Assembly (NCBI GenBank): GCA_965249555.1
Contig: OZ252243.1
Location: 2,080,001-2,144,000, forward strand
Length of the DNA stretch: 64,000 nucleotides
Direction: 5' to 3'
Source of the DNA: Nitrosopumilus sp.
Lineage (GTDB): Archaea > Thermoproteota > Nitrososphaeria > Nitrososphaerales > Nitrosopumilaceae
Position 1 is the first letter of the stretch, and each line of letters opens with the position of its first letter. The translations under genes and the position numbers were made by a program. Below, in pieces: positions 1 to 10,773 of the stretch. The notes under the pieces are model-generated. The model saw only the letters and a program-made list of their open reading frames with translations, did not search any database and was not told the DNA's origin.

Positions 1-17
1 AATATCCTGAATCTAAT

Positions 18-707
18 TTGTTGAAATCACTCTTTGTTACTGGGACCGACACGGATGTTGGAAAAACCTACATCACTGCAGGTCTCGGAGCCGTAATTCG
101 TAAAATGGGAATTGATGTAGGGGTAATGAAACCATTTGCAGCTGGGAGTGCTCAAAAAAAAGGGTACAAATCTAAAGATATTGTAATAATATCAAAGGCA
201 GCCCAAGCATGTGATCCTGAAAATTTGGTAAACCCGCAATTTTTTCCAATTCCTGCATCTCCGTACACTGCATGGAAAAATTTGAAAACCAAACCAAAAA
301 TATCTACAATATTGTCTAGTTTCAAAAAACTTTCAAAACTTCATGACATGATTCTTGTTGAAGGAATGGGGGGAATTATGACTCCAATTTTGAAAGACTA
401 TTACATTACAAATCTAATCAAAGAAATGAAAATTCCTGCAGTTATTGTAACAAGAAGTAAAATTGGAACTGTTAACCATACAATTATGACCGTAAAAATG
501 TGTAATGCATATAAAATTCCAATTAAAGGAATAATCATAAACGATTTTGATTCGGATGGTTATAAAATAAAAGAACTCACACGTGATTTCAAAAGTCTAA
601 CTAAGGTGCCTGTTCTAGGATCGATCCCATTTATCAACAACTTTACTAATGCCTCATTGTATAAAATTTTCAAAAAAAATATTAATTTTAAGTTATTACT
701 GCAATAA
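18..707 (+). CDS. bioD: dethiobiotin synthase
   Basis: FVTGTDTDVGKT P-loop, MKP motif, VEGMGG, GTVNHT motifs. Confidence 0.92.
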   Translation: MLKSLFVTGTDTDVGKTYITAGLGAVIRKMGIDVGVMKPFAAGSAQKKGYKSKDIVIISKAAQACDPENLVNPQFFPIPASPYTAWKNLKTKPKISTILSSFKKLSKLHDMILVEGMGGIMTPILKDYYITNLIKEMKIPAVIVTRSKIGTVNHTIMTVKMCNAYKIPIKGIIINDFDSDGYKIKELTRDFKSLTKVPVLGSIPFINNFTNASLYKIFKKNINFKLLLQ

Positions 708-712
708 TTTAT

Positions 713-1264
713 TTACACTCGTAAAATTTTGAATTTATTTGAGCCTCCAACATTACTAAATTGAGCAATCTCAAAGATAATTTTTGAAAATGAATTATTT
801 TCTTTGGATAGCACAAAATATTTTTGATTTATAGAAACATTTTCTGATAAAACTACCCAAATGTTCTCTTTTTCAGGTTGTATTTTCTCTAACTGAGAAA
901 TCTTCTCTTCAATGATATTCTTGTTTGATGATTTTGGAATACAAATTAACAGTGTTTTTTCAGGATCTTTTTCTAGTGTTTTAATGTCTGGAATTACGAT
1001 ATCTATTTCTGTTCCTTTATGTTCTACTTTTCTTTGACTGTTAATCAATGCATTAGTTAACAAATAATGCAACAATCCTGTTGCTAAAACCCCTACACTT
1101 TCATCTTTTTCTCCTAGTGTGATGATTTTATCATAACAATTTGCAATAACATCATCAATTATTTCTGAGAATTTTTTTTCAGAGATTAATTTTTGAATTG
1201 CCACTTCTGATTTTGACAGGTAATCAAAGAGATAATCTTTGATCGGATTTGGTTCTTCTTGCAT
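713..1264 (-). CDS. conserved hypothetical protein, possibly PD-(D/E)xK-like
   Basis: 183-aa ORF in core-gene context; EIDIVIP motif; no firm family assignment. Confidence 0.55.
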   Translation of the reverse strand: MQEEPNPIKDYLFDYLSKSEVAIQKLISEKKFSEIIDDVIANCYDKIITLGEKDESVGVLATGLLHYLLTNALINSQRKVEHKGTEIDIVIPDIKTLEKDPEKTLLICIPKSSNKNIIEEKISQLEKIQPEKENIWVVLSENVSINQKYFVLSKENNSFSKIIFEIAQFSNVGGSNKFKILRV

Positions 1265-1467
1265 TATTTTGAAGTAATTGGATTCCTAATATGAATAATT
1301 AACATACCTGAAAGAAGATATACTTGATTATTGATATTCTAATCATGAAACCTCAAGATATTGCTAACATCTGTTATGGCCTTCTTGGCATGGGAATTGT
1401 TGCATATGCAGTAAATCATTTTGTAACTACATAGTGATTTAATTATTAAAATTGATTTTTAGATATA

Positions 1468-2862
1468 TTATTCATTAAAGACGTAACGTCTTTCACCTTT
1501 AGATTCTGTTTCAGTTTTTACATCTATTAGGACAAATTCTTTTTTTGTATGAACCATAGATTCAGCAATGTCTACTTTGTTTTCATGTAGTTTTTCGTAT
1601 TCGTCCCATGTCAGTCTTTTTCTATTTCCTATTTCTGATTCCAAGTTCATATTCTTTACAATTTCTTTGTATTCTGGTTGAATGACTCCACTGAATACCA
1701 TTGCACTAGCGCCACTACCATATGATCCAAATCCAACTCTTTTTCCTTCTAAATCAATTCCTTTTTGATATTCAAATTCTAAACTACTTCTAAATCCTAA
1801 ATATAATGATGCTGTATACAGATTTCCAATCATACTAGATGCAATAAGTGAACTTGCAAGTTTTGATTCATACACTTCTTGGAATTCAGGAGTTTTTGAA
1901 AACAATTTTGTAAATTCATGGTCTTTTGCCATAAAGTCTGCATCACTTAACACTGATTCAATGGTACCACGTGGGTCTTGTGGTACTGGTTCATCTAATC
2001 CTATTTCTTGCAAAATTGTCCTCCATCGTGGAAGTTGACGCCATTCATGTCTAACCATATATGCTAAGGCCTTTTTCCCCATGTTACTATATGGTAAGTG
2101 CATGTTGATGTAGTCCATATGATCTAAGATTGTTTCTCCAGGTTCTATTTTGATTAGTCCTGTTGAGACTGCCTTTTTCTTATAGGCATCAAGTGCTTTT
2201 CTTACTTGAATCATGTAAAGTAAATTAGAATATTGACCATGGACTATTGGTGTCTCTTTTCCAAAAGGTCTGTAAAAGTCATATTCATCTTTAATTGAAG
2301 TAGATGTGACTTTAGGATCAAACTCCATTAATCTTGGATTCTCATTGAGAAGCATGACCACTGCTCCTGCTCCTTGGGTCATCTCCCCACTAGAACCCAT
2401 GTCGTATTTTGCAATATCTGATACTATTACTAGTGCAGACTTTCCATCTGCTTCGTCCGCCCTAATCCAGTTTGTATTGTCATAAAGAGCATACGAACCA
2501 CTGACACAAGCAAATTTGGTCTCAATGCCTCCACAGTGCTCAAATGCACCTTGACCATAAACTTGCTCTAGCATTCCAATAACATAAGAGTTCATTGCCT
2601 TTGATTCATCAAATGCAGATTCAGTTGAAACATATAATCTTCCAATATCTTCTGGAGATAGTTTGTTTTTTTGCATAATTCTCAAGCATGCATTTGCTGC
2701 AAGACATGCCGGGTCTTGGTTAGCATCAACAATTGCCATTTGAGAAACTCCAAGACCTTTTTGTAATTTTACTGGGTCTAAACCTCTGGCTTCTGCAAAA
2801 TCAGCTGCATCGATATACAATCTAGGGATGTATATTGCAATATCGTCTATACCAGCTGCCAT
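1468..2862 (-). CDS. mvaS: hydroxymethylglutaryl-CoA synthase
   Basis: GIDDIAIYIP start, TESAFDESK, KFACVSG catalytic Cys, E.TQGAGAV, DFYRP, HLPY, GNLYTASLY, SYGSG. Confidence 0.93.
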   Translation of the reverse strand: MAAGIDDIAIYIPRLYIDAADFAEARGLDPVKLQKGLGVSQMAIVDANQDPACLAANACLRIMQKNKLSPEDIGRLYVSTESAFDESKAMNSYVIGMLEQVYGQGAFEHCGGIETKFACVSGSYALYDNTNWIRADEADGKSALVIVSDIAKYDMGSSGEMTQGAGAVVMLLNENPRLMEFDPKVTSTSIKDEYDFYRPFGKETPIVHGQYSNLLYMIQVRKALDAYKKKAVSTGLIKIEPGETILDHMDYINMHLPYSNMGKKALAYMVRHEWRQLPRWRTILQEIGLDEPVPQDPRGTIESVLSDADFMAKDHEFTKLFSKTPEFQEVYESKLASSLIASSMIGNLYTASLYLGFRSSLEFEYQKGIDLEGKRVGFGSYGSGASAMVFSGVIQPEYKEIVKNMNLESEIGNRKRLTWDEYEKLHENKVDIAESMVHTKKEFVLIDVKTETESKGERRYVFNE

Positions 2863-2974
2863 AAGCTTGGCTCCGATGGTTCACTAATAAGGATATCCTG
2901 TTAATTCTATCTAACTAGGAAATGAAGTTTTAGCAGTTTCTTGTTCTTTTTTTGCTATTTGATCGCTAATTTTT

Positions 2975-3679
2975 TTATTTTTTTAGTTCTATTTCAAAAA
3001 TCTTTTCAAATGTCTCAAATGGCTGTGCTCCAAAAACTCGTGTAGTCTTACCATCAGGACCAATGACAAAAAATGCTGGTGTTCCTGTTATGCCGAGATT
3101 TTTTGCATCTTCATTACTTGCAAGAATCGTTTGTGAATGATGTTCATTTGTCACACATTCAGACCATTCATCCATGTCTAAACCAATCTCTTGAGCAAAC
3201 TTTACAAGGTTTTCAGAAGATGCCCATCCATTGTTTTCTCCAGTCCAATTTGAATACAAAATATCGTGATATTCCCAAAACAATCCCTGATCATTTGCAC
3301 AATGTGCGCCGTGTGATGCTCTTATCGAGTCAGGTCCAATTATGTTGTAATCTTTGAAAATCATTTTGACTTTTCCTGTTTCTACATAGTTTTTCAAAAT
3401 ATCATCTTCAGTTGAATGAAAGAAAACATTACAGAAATGACATTGATAATCTCCAAACTCCACTAAAGTGACTGGTGCATTGGGATCTCCCAGCATGGGT
3501 GAGCCATTTGCTAAAAATGTCTCCATGGTAATTTTTGCTGGTCCAAATTCTTGAATGGTTGGAGCTGGTTCTATTACAAGTTCTGTCTCATTTGAAATTC
3601 CATCAAACCCAATAAATGTTATAATTATTAGTATTGATGCAATTGTAGCACCTATTGCAAGAGATGGACCATGAATCAA
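2975..3679 (-). CDS. DsbA/thioredoxin-fold membrane-anchored oxidoreductase
   Basis: N-terminal TM segment, LGDPNAPVTLVEFGDYQCHFC (CxxC), GITGTPAF cis-Pro, GAQP. Confidence 0.88.
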   Translation of the reverse strand: MIHGPSLAIGATIASILIIITFIGFDGISNETELVIEPAPTIQEFGPAKITMETFLANGSPMLGDPNAPVTLVEFGDYQCHFCNVFFHSTEDDILKNYVETGKVKMIFKDYNIIGPDSIRASHGAHCANDQGLFWEYHDILYSNWTGENNGWASSENLVKFAQEIGLDMDEWSECVTNEHHSQTILASNEDAKNLGITGTPAFFVIGPDGKTTRVFGAQPFETFEKIFEIELKK

Positions 3680-3728
3680 TGAATATTAATTTTTTTTTAG
3701 TACATTTAGTCTTTTGTACTATAAACTA

Positions 3729-4232
3729 TTAATCAATAACTGATGTAGTCAAACTAACTATCTGTAATATTTTTGATGCTTTCGAATTTTCATTCTCTGC
3801 ATTTATGGTTACAGTAAATTCTCCTATAGTATATCTTGGAACAAAAAATTCAATTTCAAGTAATCCGTTATCATTAGTAATTCCATCTACAGAATAAAAT
3901 TCTTGATTTTCATCACCTATCACTAAAACTTTGATATTGGTATTTGGAATTAACCCATAATTTTGATAAAAATCATTTAATTTGTTTTGCTCTGTATCGT
4001 AAATTTTAACATCTATACGTGCAAAATTATTTTCATAAATTTTTTGTGTGTATTGAACTACAAATCAAATACCTTTCTAACAATTTGGATTCCGACTACA
4101 TATTCTAATGCTTGACACCATGTAATCCATTTTTTTTATTTCGAACCTTTATGTTTCCAGCTACTATGTTTTTTTCACTTTCAAAAATTTTAACAATTTC
4201 TGTTAATGAATTTTTGGATGCTAATGTATCTG
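3729..4232 (-). pseudogene. 3' remnant of an exported-protein gene truncated by IS DNA
   Basis: 64-aa terminal ORF with broken upstream frame; IS sequence starts abruptly at 4233. Confidence 0.4.
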
Positions 4233-4517
4233 GGCACAAATCAGACATCAAAAAGAATCACTTACCAATTGCAGGAATTGACACAAATGCCAAGTGGGGA
4301 TTCTCCAAATCAAGGGGTTGGGTGTATGGATACAAACTACACATGAGTTGCAGTACAGGAAAGACTAGTTGTTCCATTATCTGCCATGTGTAACTACTGC
4401 AAATGTTCATGATAGCAAGCCATATGAAAAATTGATTGGGTCACTTTCTGGATTGATGAATAACATATGGTGTGATCCGGCATATGATGATTCCAAACCA
4501 TACGAGTCAACTAAGAA
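4233..4517 (+). mobile_element. internal fragment of IS982/IS5-like DDE transposase
   Basis: near-identical to the central part of the intact 30204-31208 transposase (HKSDIKKNHLP...GWVYGYKLH...YESTKN). Confidence 0.85.
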
Positions 4518-5030
4518 CTTAGCAAGTCTGCCAATACGTCTGAATCAAGTTTGTCGTTTTTGAGCTTTGCCTGTGCAATTATCTTGGTCTTTGCAGGATG
4601 TGCAAGAATTGTATCAATTCCATGGTCCTCTAGTGTGTCATGTAGTCTGATCCAATAGTTTGCAGTTGATTCGCACATTGCCTGTATGTCATTACCATAT
4701 GTCTTTTTGATATGTTTGATAAAACCCATTATTCCATTTGTGGTATTATCAAAGCTTGTCTGCTCTAGATTCTTTCTGGATTCCTATTTTGTTGCAACAC
4801 ATTTTATTTTGTAGACATTAATTCCTATGCTGATCATACCATCACCTCCTTTTTGATCAAATTGCCTGATCTAGCGGAATGCTCCCATTTGCCATCTATG
4901 TGGTATTTTGTTTTCCGCTCACTTTGAGTTAGTCTGTGTAACGCCCTTGTACATGGCAGTAACCATTCAACTCTCAGGCCCAACAGTAGGTATACATCAC
5001 AAGATATGAAAAAGATTTCGTATAACGTCT
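4518..5030 (-). mobile_element. IS110-family left end plus 5' transposase remnant
   Basis: CESTANYW...LAHP...KNDKLDS DEDD-RuvC motifs; about 190-nt non-coding end shared with 12217, 28427, 29973 and 54081 copies. Confidence 0.85.
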
Positions 5031-5058
5031 ATAAAGTTATAGTGATGTAGAAATAATT

Positions 5059-8000
5059 TTACGGGGTTGAATCGGTGACAACTCTTACAAAGTTAGAATG
5101 CTCAGAATGGATAAAATCATTGATGGCTATGACACGAAAGACATAGGCAGTGTCAGGTGACAGATGCTCAACAACATGTGTAGTATCAGAGCTTCCAGTA
5201 TCAAAAATACAAATGTACAGATCATCTCTGCACAAAATAGTGTATCCGGTTGCTCTATCATCATTAGTATCATCCCAGCTTAGCGTGACAGAGTTATGGG
5301 TTGTACCAGTAACTAGAAGATTGGTAGGTGCAAGTAGAGTGGTACTAATCTGTACATAGTTAGACTGCGGGGACTCCTCAATGCCATTGATAGATATTAC
5401 ACGAAAGACATAGACAGCTCCTGATAGCAGGTTCTCAACAACATGTGTGGTATCAGTGCTTGCAGTATCCTCAACGCATGGCTGCAATGCATCTCCAGTA
5501 GATATGTCTCTGCACAGAATCTTGTATCCCGTTATGGAGTCATCATCAGTATCATCCCAGCTTAGCGTGACAGAGTTAATAGTTGTACCAGTAACTAGGA
5601 GATTTGTAGGGGCATGCGAAGTGGTAGGGGCATGCGAAGTGGTAGGGGCATGCGAAGTGGCAGTACCAAACCTTACAAAGTTAGAATGGGGGGATTGGCC
5701 AGTATCATTGATAGCTATGACACGAAAGACATAGACAGCTTCAGATGACAGGTTCTCAACAACATGTGTAGTATCAGAGCTTGCAGTATCCTCAACGCAT
5801 GGCTGCAATGCATCTCCAGTCGATATGTCTCTGCACAGAATCTTGTATCCCATTATTGAATCATCATCAGTATCATCCCAGCTTAGTGTGACAGAGTTGG
5901 TATTTGCACCAGTAACTAAAAGACGAGTGGGGGTAGAAGGAAGAACAGGAGGGGATGAAACACTAACAGATACAGTAAAACTTGTACTAGCTGAATTTCC
6001 AGAATCATCAGTAGCAGTACAGGTTACGATGGTAGTGCCAATGAAAAATGAATGGTCAGATGCATAGTCACAAGTGATAGTTACTGGGAAGATATCAGTA
6101 GCAACTGGTTCATTAAAATTTACAATAGCTGATGTACTGGCAGTTGAGATGGCAATGTCTGCAGGTGTAACAAATACGGGCTTTGTCGTATCATGAATTG
6201 TTACCATTTGGGCTGCACTTGATCTATTATTACCAGAGTCTGTCGCATACCATATCACTATGGTATCACCTAATGGGAAGGAATTTGGCGCATCATTTGT
6301 GATTATTGGATTTCTATCCACAGAATCAATAGATGTTGCCTGGCCAAGTTGAGACGAAGATACCCTGGTAAGTACATCAGTGGATTCCAATGTAACATCA
6401 GATGGCGCAGTGATGGTTGGCGCAGTCGTATCCTGGACTGTTATTGTATTTGCAGTTGTTGCAGTATTTCCATTAGAGTCAACTAGCGTCCAGTTAATTA
6501 CAGTATCACCTAGTGGGAACTGCATTGGTGCATCATTTGTGATTGTGACAGTAAAGTGATCAGTTGCAGAAGGAGTGCCATAGTCACTTTGAGATAGCGG
6601 TGTTGATAGTCCTGTTGCTTCAAATGTCATATCTTGTAGTATTATGAACTGTGGCGGGATTGTATCTGCAATTATTATATCTTGAGATGTACTAGCTGGA
6701 TTTCCCGAGGTGTCAATTGCGGTCCACGTTACTGTAGTGGTACCTAGTGGGAACTGCATTGGCACATCATTTGTGATAGTTGTTGGAAAGATGTCAGTTA
6801 CTGTAGGGTTTGATAAAGTCAGAACGGTAAAGTCAGACATTGCCTCTATTGTAATATTGCTTAAACTGCTAATTATTGGTGCAGTGGTATCTTGGATTGT
6901 AATTCTTTGTACAGCACTAGATTGATTGTCAGAATCATCAGTTGCAGTCCACGTAACTAGAGTAGTGCCAAGTGGGAATGTACTTGGAGCATTATTTGTT
7001 ATGTCGGGTTCTGCATCTCTGTTATCAGTAGCTGTTGCTTGACCTAACTGAGATGCACTAATTGGTGTGAGTTGTGATGTTGCTTCAAATGTTTTATCAC
7101 CAGGTAGAGTAATTACAGGATTTACATCATCAGAAGATAAAGTGACTGTAACATCAAATGATATGGTTGCAGGATTACCAGCACTGTCAGTTGCAGTACA
7201 GGTTACGATGGTAGTGCCAATGAAAAATGAATGGTCAGATGCATAGTCACAAGTGATAGTTACTGGGAAGATATCAGTAGCAACTGGTTCATTAAAATTT
7301 ACAATAGCTGATGTACTGTCAGTTGAGATGGCAATGTCTGCAGGTGTAACAAATACGGGCTTTGTCGTATCTTGTATTGTTACCATTTGGGTTGCACTTG
7401 ATCTATTATTACTAGAGTCTGTCGCATACCATATCACTATGGTATCGCCTAATGGGAAGGAATTTGGCGCATCATGTGTGATTATTGGATTTCTATCCAC
7501 AGAATCAATAGATGTTGCCTGGCCAAGTTGAGACGAAGATACCCTGGTAAGTACATCAGTGGATTCCAATGTAACATCAGATGGTGCAGTGATGGTTGGT
7601 GCAGTCGTATCCTGGACTGTTATTGTATTTGCAGTTGTTGCAGTATTTCCATTAGAGTCAACTAGCGTCCAGTTAATTACAGTATCACCTAGTGGGAACA
7701 GTTCAGGTGCATCATTTGTGATTGTGACTGTAAAGTGATCAGTTGCAGAAGGAGTGCCATAGTCACTTTGAGATAGCGGTGTTGATAGTCCTGTGGCTTC
7801 AAATGTCATATCCTGCAGTATTATGAACTGTGGCGGGATTGTATCTGCAATTATTATATCTTGAGATGTACTAGCTGGATTTCCCGAGGTGTCAACTGCG
7901 GTCCACGTTACTGTAGTGGTACCTAGTGGGAACTGCATTGGCACATCATTTGTGATAGTTGTTGGAAAGATGTCAGTTACTGTAGGGTTTGATAAAGTCA

Positions 8001-10773
8001 GAACGGTAAAGTCAGACATTGCCTCTATTGTAATATTGCCTAAACTGCCAATTATTGGTGCAGTGGTATCTTGTACTGTGATTGTTTGCGTGGCACCAGC
8101 TGAATTGCCTGAATCATCAGTTGCAGTCCAAGTAACTAGAGTAGTGCCAAGTGGGAATGTACTTGGAGCATTATTTGTTATGGCAGGCGACAAATCCCCA
8201 TCATCAATTGCCGTAGCAGTGCCAATTTGTGAATCAGTTATAGGTGTTAGTGCTGCTGTTGCCTCAAATGTTTTATCACTTGGTATGGTAAGGATGGGAG
8301 AAATATTATCCCGAAATACCAAATTTACATTAAATGTAATAGTTGCTAGATTGTTTGCAGAATCAATAGCAGTACATGTAACTATAGTATTGCCAGTTGA
8401 AAATACAGATCCACTAGGTGGATCACAAATAACTGCAACTATACCATCTGTATCATCAGTTGCAGTAGGTATGGTGTAATCAAATACTTTGGAATTTGCA
8501 TTATCTATAAAATCAAATTTGTCATTAACTGGTGAAAAAACTGGTGGCATATTATCAATAGGTGCAGCAGCGTCATAAACAGAGATACTATCTAACTCTG
8601 TATCCTCACTATTACTGTTAGATATAGCATCAAATCGTAGTTTGAATTGGGAAGAAGAATAACTACTCAGATCATACTCTGCAAAATGCCACTGGCCATC
8701 ATCGTATGCATTACCATCATCATCTGTTTGATCAGCTGTAAATGATTCTAATACTTGCCAAATATTCCCATCATTTTCTGAAACATATGTGACAATACCT
8801 TCCTGACTTCTAGCATCCGCTCCTGTTGCTACAAACCAGTTGAAGCTTAGTTTGGGGGTTGTCATTTGTGTCAAGTCAACATTATCAACCATTATCATAG
8901 TACATACATCATCACAGTCTTCAGTTCCTGCTACTTTATTGCCAGATATAGAATCAAGTACTGGAATAAGAGGGGAATTTCGTATACTCCAAAATTCATC
9001 ATCACCTGTAGTTAAAATCCAGTTTGACATGTCTGTCTCAAAGTTATCAATAAAAGAGGTTAATGTATTTGAAACAGGTACATTAACAGTTAAGGTAATA
9101 CTGGAACTAGCTCTTACTCCATCACCATTTTCTGCTGAAACTGTAATGGTATGCACACCATTTGTTAATCCAGTTAAAGTGGATTCAAAGTTTAGACTGA
9201 CATCTTCTGATATTACACGAGTCATTATTGGATCAATACTAGTAATACCATCAACTCTGATTGTAATATCTTCAATTCCCGATGACATTGACTCATAGAT
9301 AAATCCCTCAATTACTACAAATGAGGACATTATAGTAGTATTATCCCTTGGAGATTGTACAGTAATACTAGGAGGTGAAGTGTCTGGGATGTGGACATTT
9401 AAGATATTTGATGGAGTAGATGCACCAAAGTCATTGCTTGTAAAAATTCTAAAGAATTGATTGTATCCTTCGTGTCTCACATAATCAAAGCTAGTTGTAG
9501 TTTCACTATAACTATTATGATGTTGCCAATTTATAGAATCCCTAGATCTCTCAACTTCATAAAATGTAATCTCAGAACTACCCTCATCTGGATGACTCCA
9601 GGTAAAATGCAATGTTGTACCTGATAGGGTATAGGCAAAGTCATCTACAGCAGCAGGGATTGCCTGAATTGATCCTGGGCCAACAATTGATATTAATCCC
9701 TCTCTGGTATGTCCAAATCTTCCATCAGTTACAGAATATCTAATGGTGTCTGATTCAGGAGGAAAGATTGCAGGTGTGTATATTAATTGAGATGAATCTC
9801 CATCAGTGTTAGTTAGAGGGATAGTTTTATTGTCATGGGTTAAAAATCCATTAGTTGGAAAATCTACAAGTTTATAGGTTAAATAATCAAAATCAGTATC
9901 AACTGCATCTAAGTTAATAGTAACAGCATTATCATTGCTTACTATCTTATCTATATTTTGAGGGGTAGGAATTTGGTTTCTAACAGCTATAACATCGCAA
10001 TCAATTTTTGTTACACTTCCTGCAACAAAAGAGTTATCTCTACATTTTTTGCCCAAATATCCTTGATCTTCATCAACTGCAAAAACTACAGCACTACTTG
10101 GTAGATTTACCCAAACATTATTTTGTTTTATTTTCATATTTGTAAACTTGCTCATAGGAATGGATGAATATCCAAGAGGTGCAGGATCAGAAGCAGAAAC
10201 TGTTCCCTCTATTCCAATATTAGCATTAAAGACACTCTCAGGATGTAAGTTAACGCGTGCAGGGTGATCTAAAAAATATGGAGTACTAACAGTGACTGCA
10301 ACTCCAAGTCCATCTGTATCTTCTATAGTTACTTTAACATTCTCGCCAGGATCTACTCTGCCACCAGGAACTAAATATTCTATATAATTAGGTATATTAT
10401 CTTCATTAACATTGTTTACTGCATAATAGATACTTAGTTTTGTGACACATTCAGGGTCACCAACTCCACCTATCCTAAACTCTCCTTTTGTTACTCCAGA
10501 TTCAACCCACTCTACAAGTTCATTATCACCTATAGGATCAGCAATAAGCCAACCAGCAGATACAGCAATATTACTACAAGCATTTCTGTCAATGTAAAGA
10601 TCAGGAGAATCTAACTCATATTCAACTCCAGTAATTTTGGTAAATCCGTCAGTTCTGATTTGTGAATGACAACGGTCATCAAAAGTACATGGAGATGCAA
10701 AGGCATCTTCATGACTAATAGCTAGAACACACAGTGTAAAGACAATTGAAGATAACGCTATAGCTTTAATCAC
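5059..10773 (-). CDS. large secreted adhesin-like protein (Ig/cadherin-like, FN3, about 10 HYR-type repeats, 3 C-terminal FN3)
   Basis: signal peptide; repeated DTTAP...FPLGTT.VTWTATD HYR units with an internal duplication of about 1.18 kb; SVTLSW...YVFRVIAIN FN3 units. Confidence 0.85.
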   Translation of the reverse strand: MIKAIALSSIVFTLCVLAISHEDAFASPCTFDDRCHSQIRTDGFTKITGVEYELDSPDLYIDRNACSNIAVSAGWLIADPIGDNELVEWVESGVTKGEFRIGGVGDPECVTKLSIYYAVNNVNEDNIPNYIEYLVPGGRVDPGENVKVTIEDTDGLGVAVTVSTPYFLDHPARVNLHPESVFNANIGIEGTVSASDPAPLGYSSIPMSKFTNMKIKQNNVWVNLPSSAVVFAVDEDQGYLGKKCRDNSFVAGSVTKIDCDVIAVRNQIPTPQNIDKIVSNDNAVTINLDAVDTDFDYLTYKLVDFPTNGFLTHDNKTIPLTNTDGDSSQLIYTPAIFPPESDTIRYSVTDGRFGHTREGLISIVGPGSIQAIPAAVDDFAYTLSGTTLHFTWSHPDEGSSEITFYEVERSRDSINWQHHNSYSETTTSFDYVRHEGYNQFFRIFTSNDFGASTPSNILNVHIPDTSPPSITVQSPRDNTTIMSSFVVIEGFIYESMSSGIEDITIRVDGITSIDPIMTRVISEDVSLNFESTLTGLTNGVHTITVSAENGDGVRASSSITLTVNVPVSNTLTSFIDNFETDMSNWILTTGDDEFWSIRNSPLIPVLDSISGNKVAGTEDCDDVCTMIMVDNVDLTQMTTPKLSFNWFVATGADARSQEGIVTYVSENDGNIWQVLESFTADQTDDDGNAYDDGQWHFAEYDLSSYSSSQFKLRFDAISNSNSEDTELDSISVYDAAAPIDNMPPVFSPVNDKFDFIDNANSKVFDYTIPTATDDTDGIVAVICDPPSGSVFSTGNTIVTCTAIDSANNLATITFNVNLVFRDNISPILTIPSDKTFEATAALTPITDSQIGTATAIDDGDLSPAITNNAPSTFPLGTTLVTWTATDDSGNSAGATQTITVQDTTAPIIGSLGNITIEAMSDFTVLTLSNPTVTDIFPTTITNDVPMQFPLGTTTVTWTAVDTSGNPASTSQDIIIADTIPPQFIILQDMTFEATGLSTPLSQSDYGTPSATDHFTVTITNDAPELFPLGDTVINWTLVDSNGNTATTANTITVQDTTAPTITAPSDVTLESTDVLTRVSSSQLGQATSIDSVDRNPIITHDAPNSFPLGDTIVIWYATDSSNNRSSATQMVTIQDTTKPVFVTPADIAISTDSTSAIVNFNEPVATDIFPVTITCDYASDHSFFIGTTIVTCTATDSAGNPATISFDVTVTLSSDDVNPVITLPGDKTFEATSQLTPISASQLGQATATDNRDAEPDITNNAPSTFPLGTTLVTWTATDDSDNQSSAVQRITIQDTTAPIISSLSNITIEAMSDFTVLTLSNPTVTDIFPTTITNDVPMQFPLGTTTVTWTAIDTSGNPASTSQDIIIADTIPPQFIILQDMTFEATGLSTPLSQSDYGTPSATDHFTVTITNDAPMQFPLGDTVINWTLVDSNGNTATTANTITVQDTTAPTITAPSDVTLESTDVLTRVSSSQLGQATSIDSVDRNPIITNDAPNSFPLGDTIVIWYATDSGNNRSSAAQMVTIHDTTKPVFVTPADIAISTASTSAIVNFNEPVATDIFPVTITCDYASDHSFFIGTTIVTCTATDDSGNSASTSFTVSVSVSSPPVLPSTPTRLLVTGANTNSVTLSWDDTDDDSIMGYKILCRDISTGDALQPCVEDTASSDTTHVVENLSSEAVYVFRVIAINDTGQSPHSNFVRFGTATSHAPTTSHAPTTSHAPTNLLVTGTTINSVTLSWDDTDDDSITGYKILCRDISTGDALQPCVEDTASTDTTHVVENLLSGAVYVFRVISINGIEESPQSNYVQISTTLLAPTNLLVTGTTHNSVTLSWDDTNDDRATGYTILCRDDLYICIFDTGSSDTTHVVEHLSPDTAYVFRVIAINDFIHSEHSNFVRVVTDSTP
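5606..5659. repeat. in-frame 18-bp tandem repeat x3 (TSHAPT linker)
   Basis: gtaggggcatgcgaagtg repeated three times. Confidence 0.9.

Noticed and set aside
5150-9298. Many plus-strand ORFs inside the adhesin genes (also at 21.4-23.5 kb and 47.7-53.0 kb)
   Set aside because: Antisense shadows of Thr/Asp-rich repetitive coding sequence.
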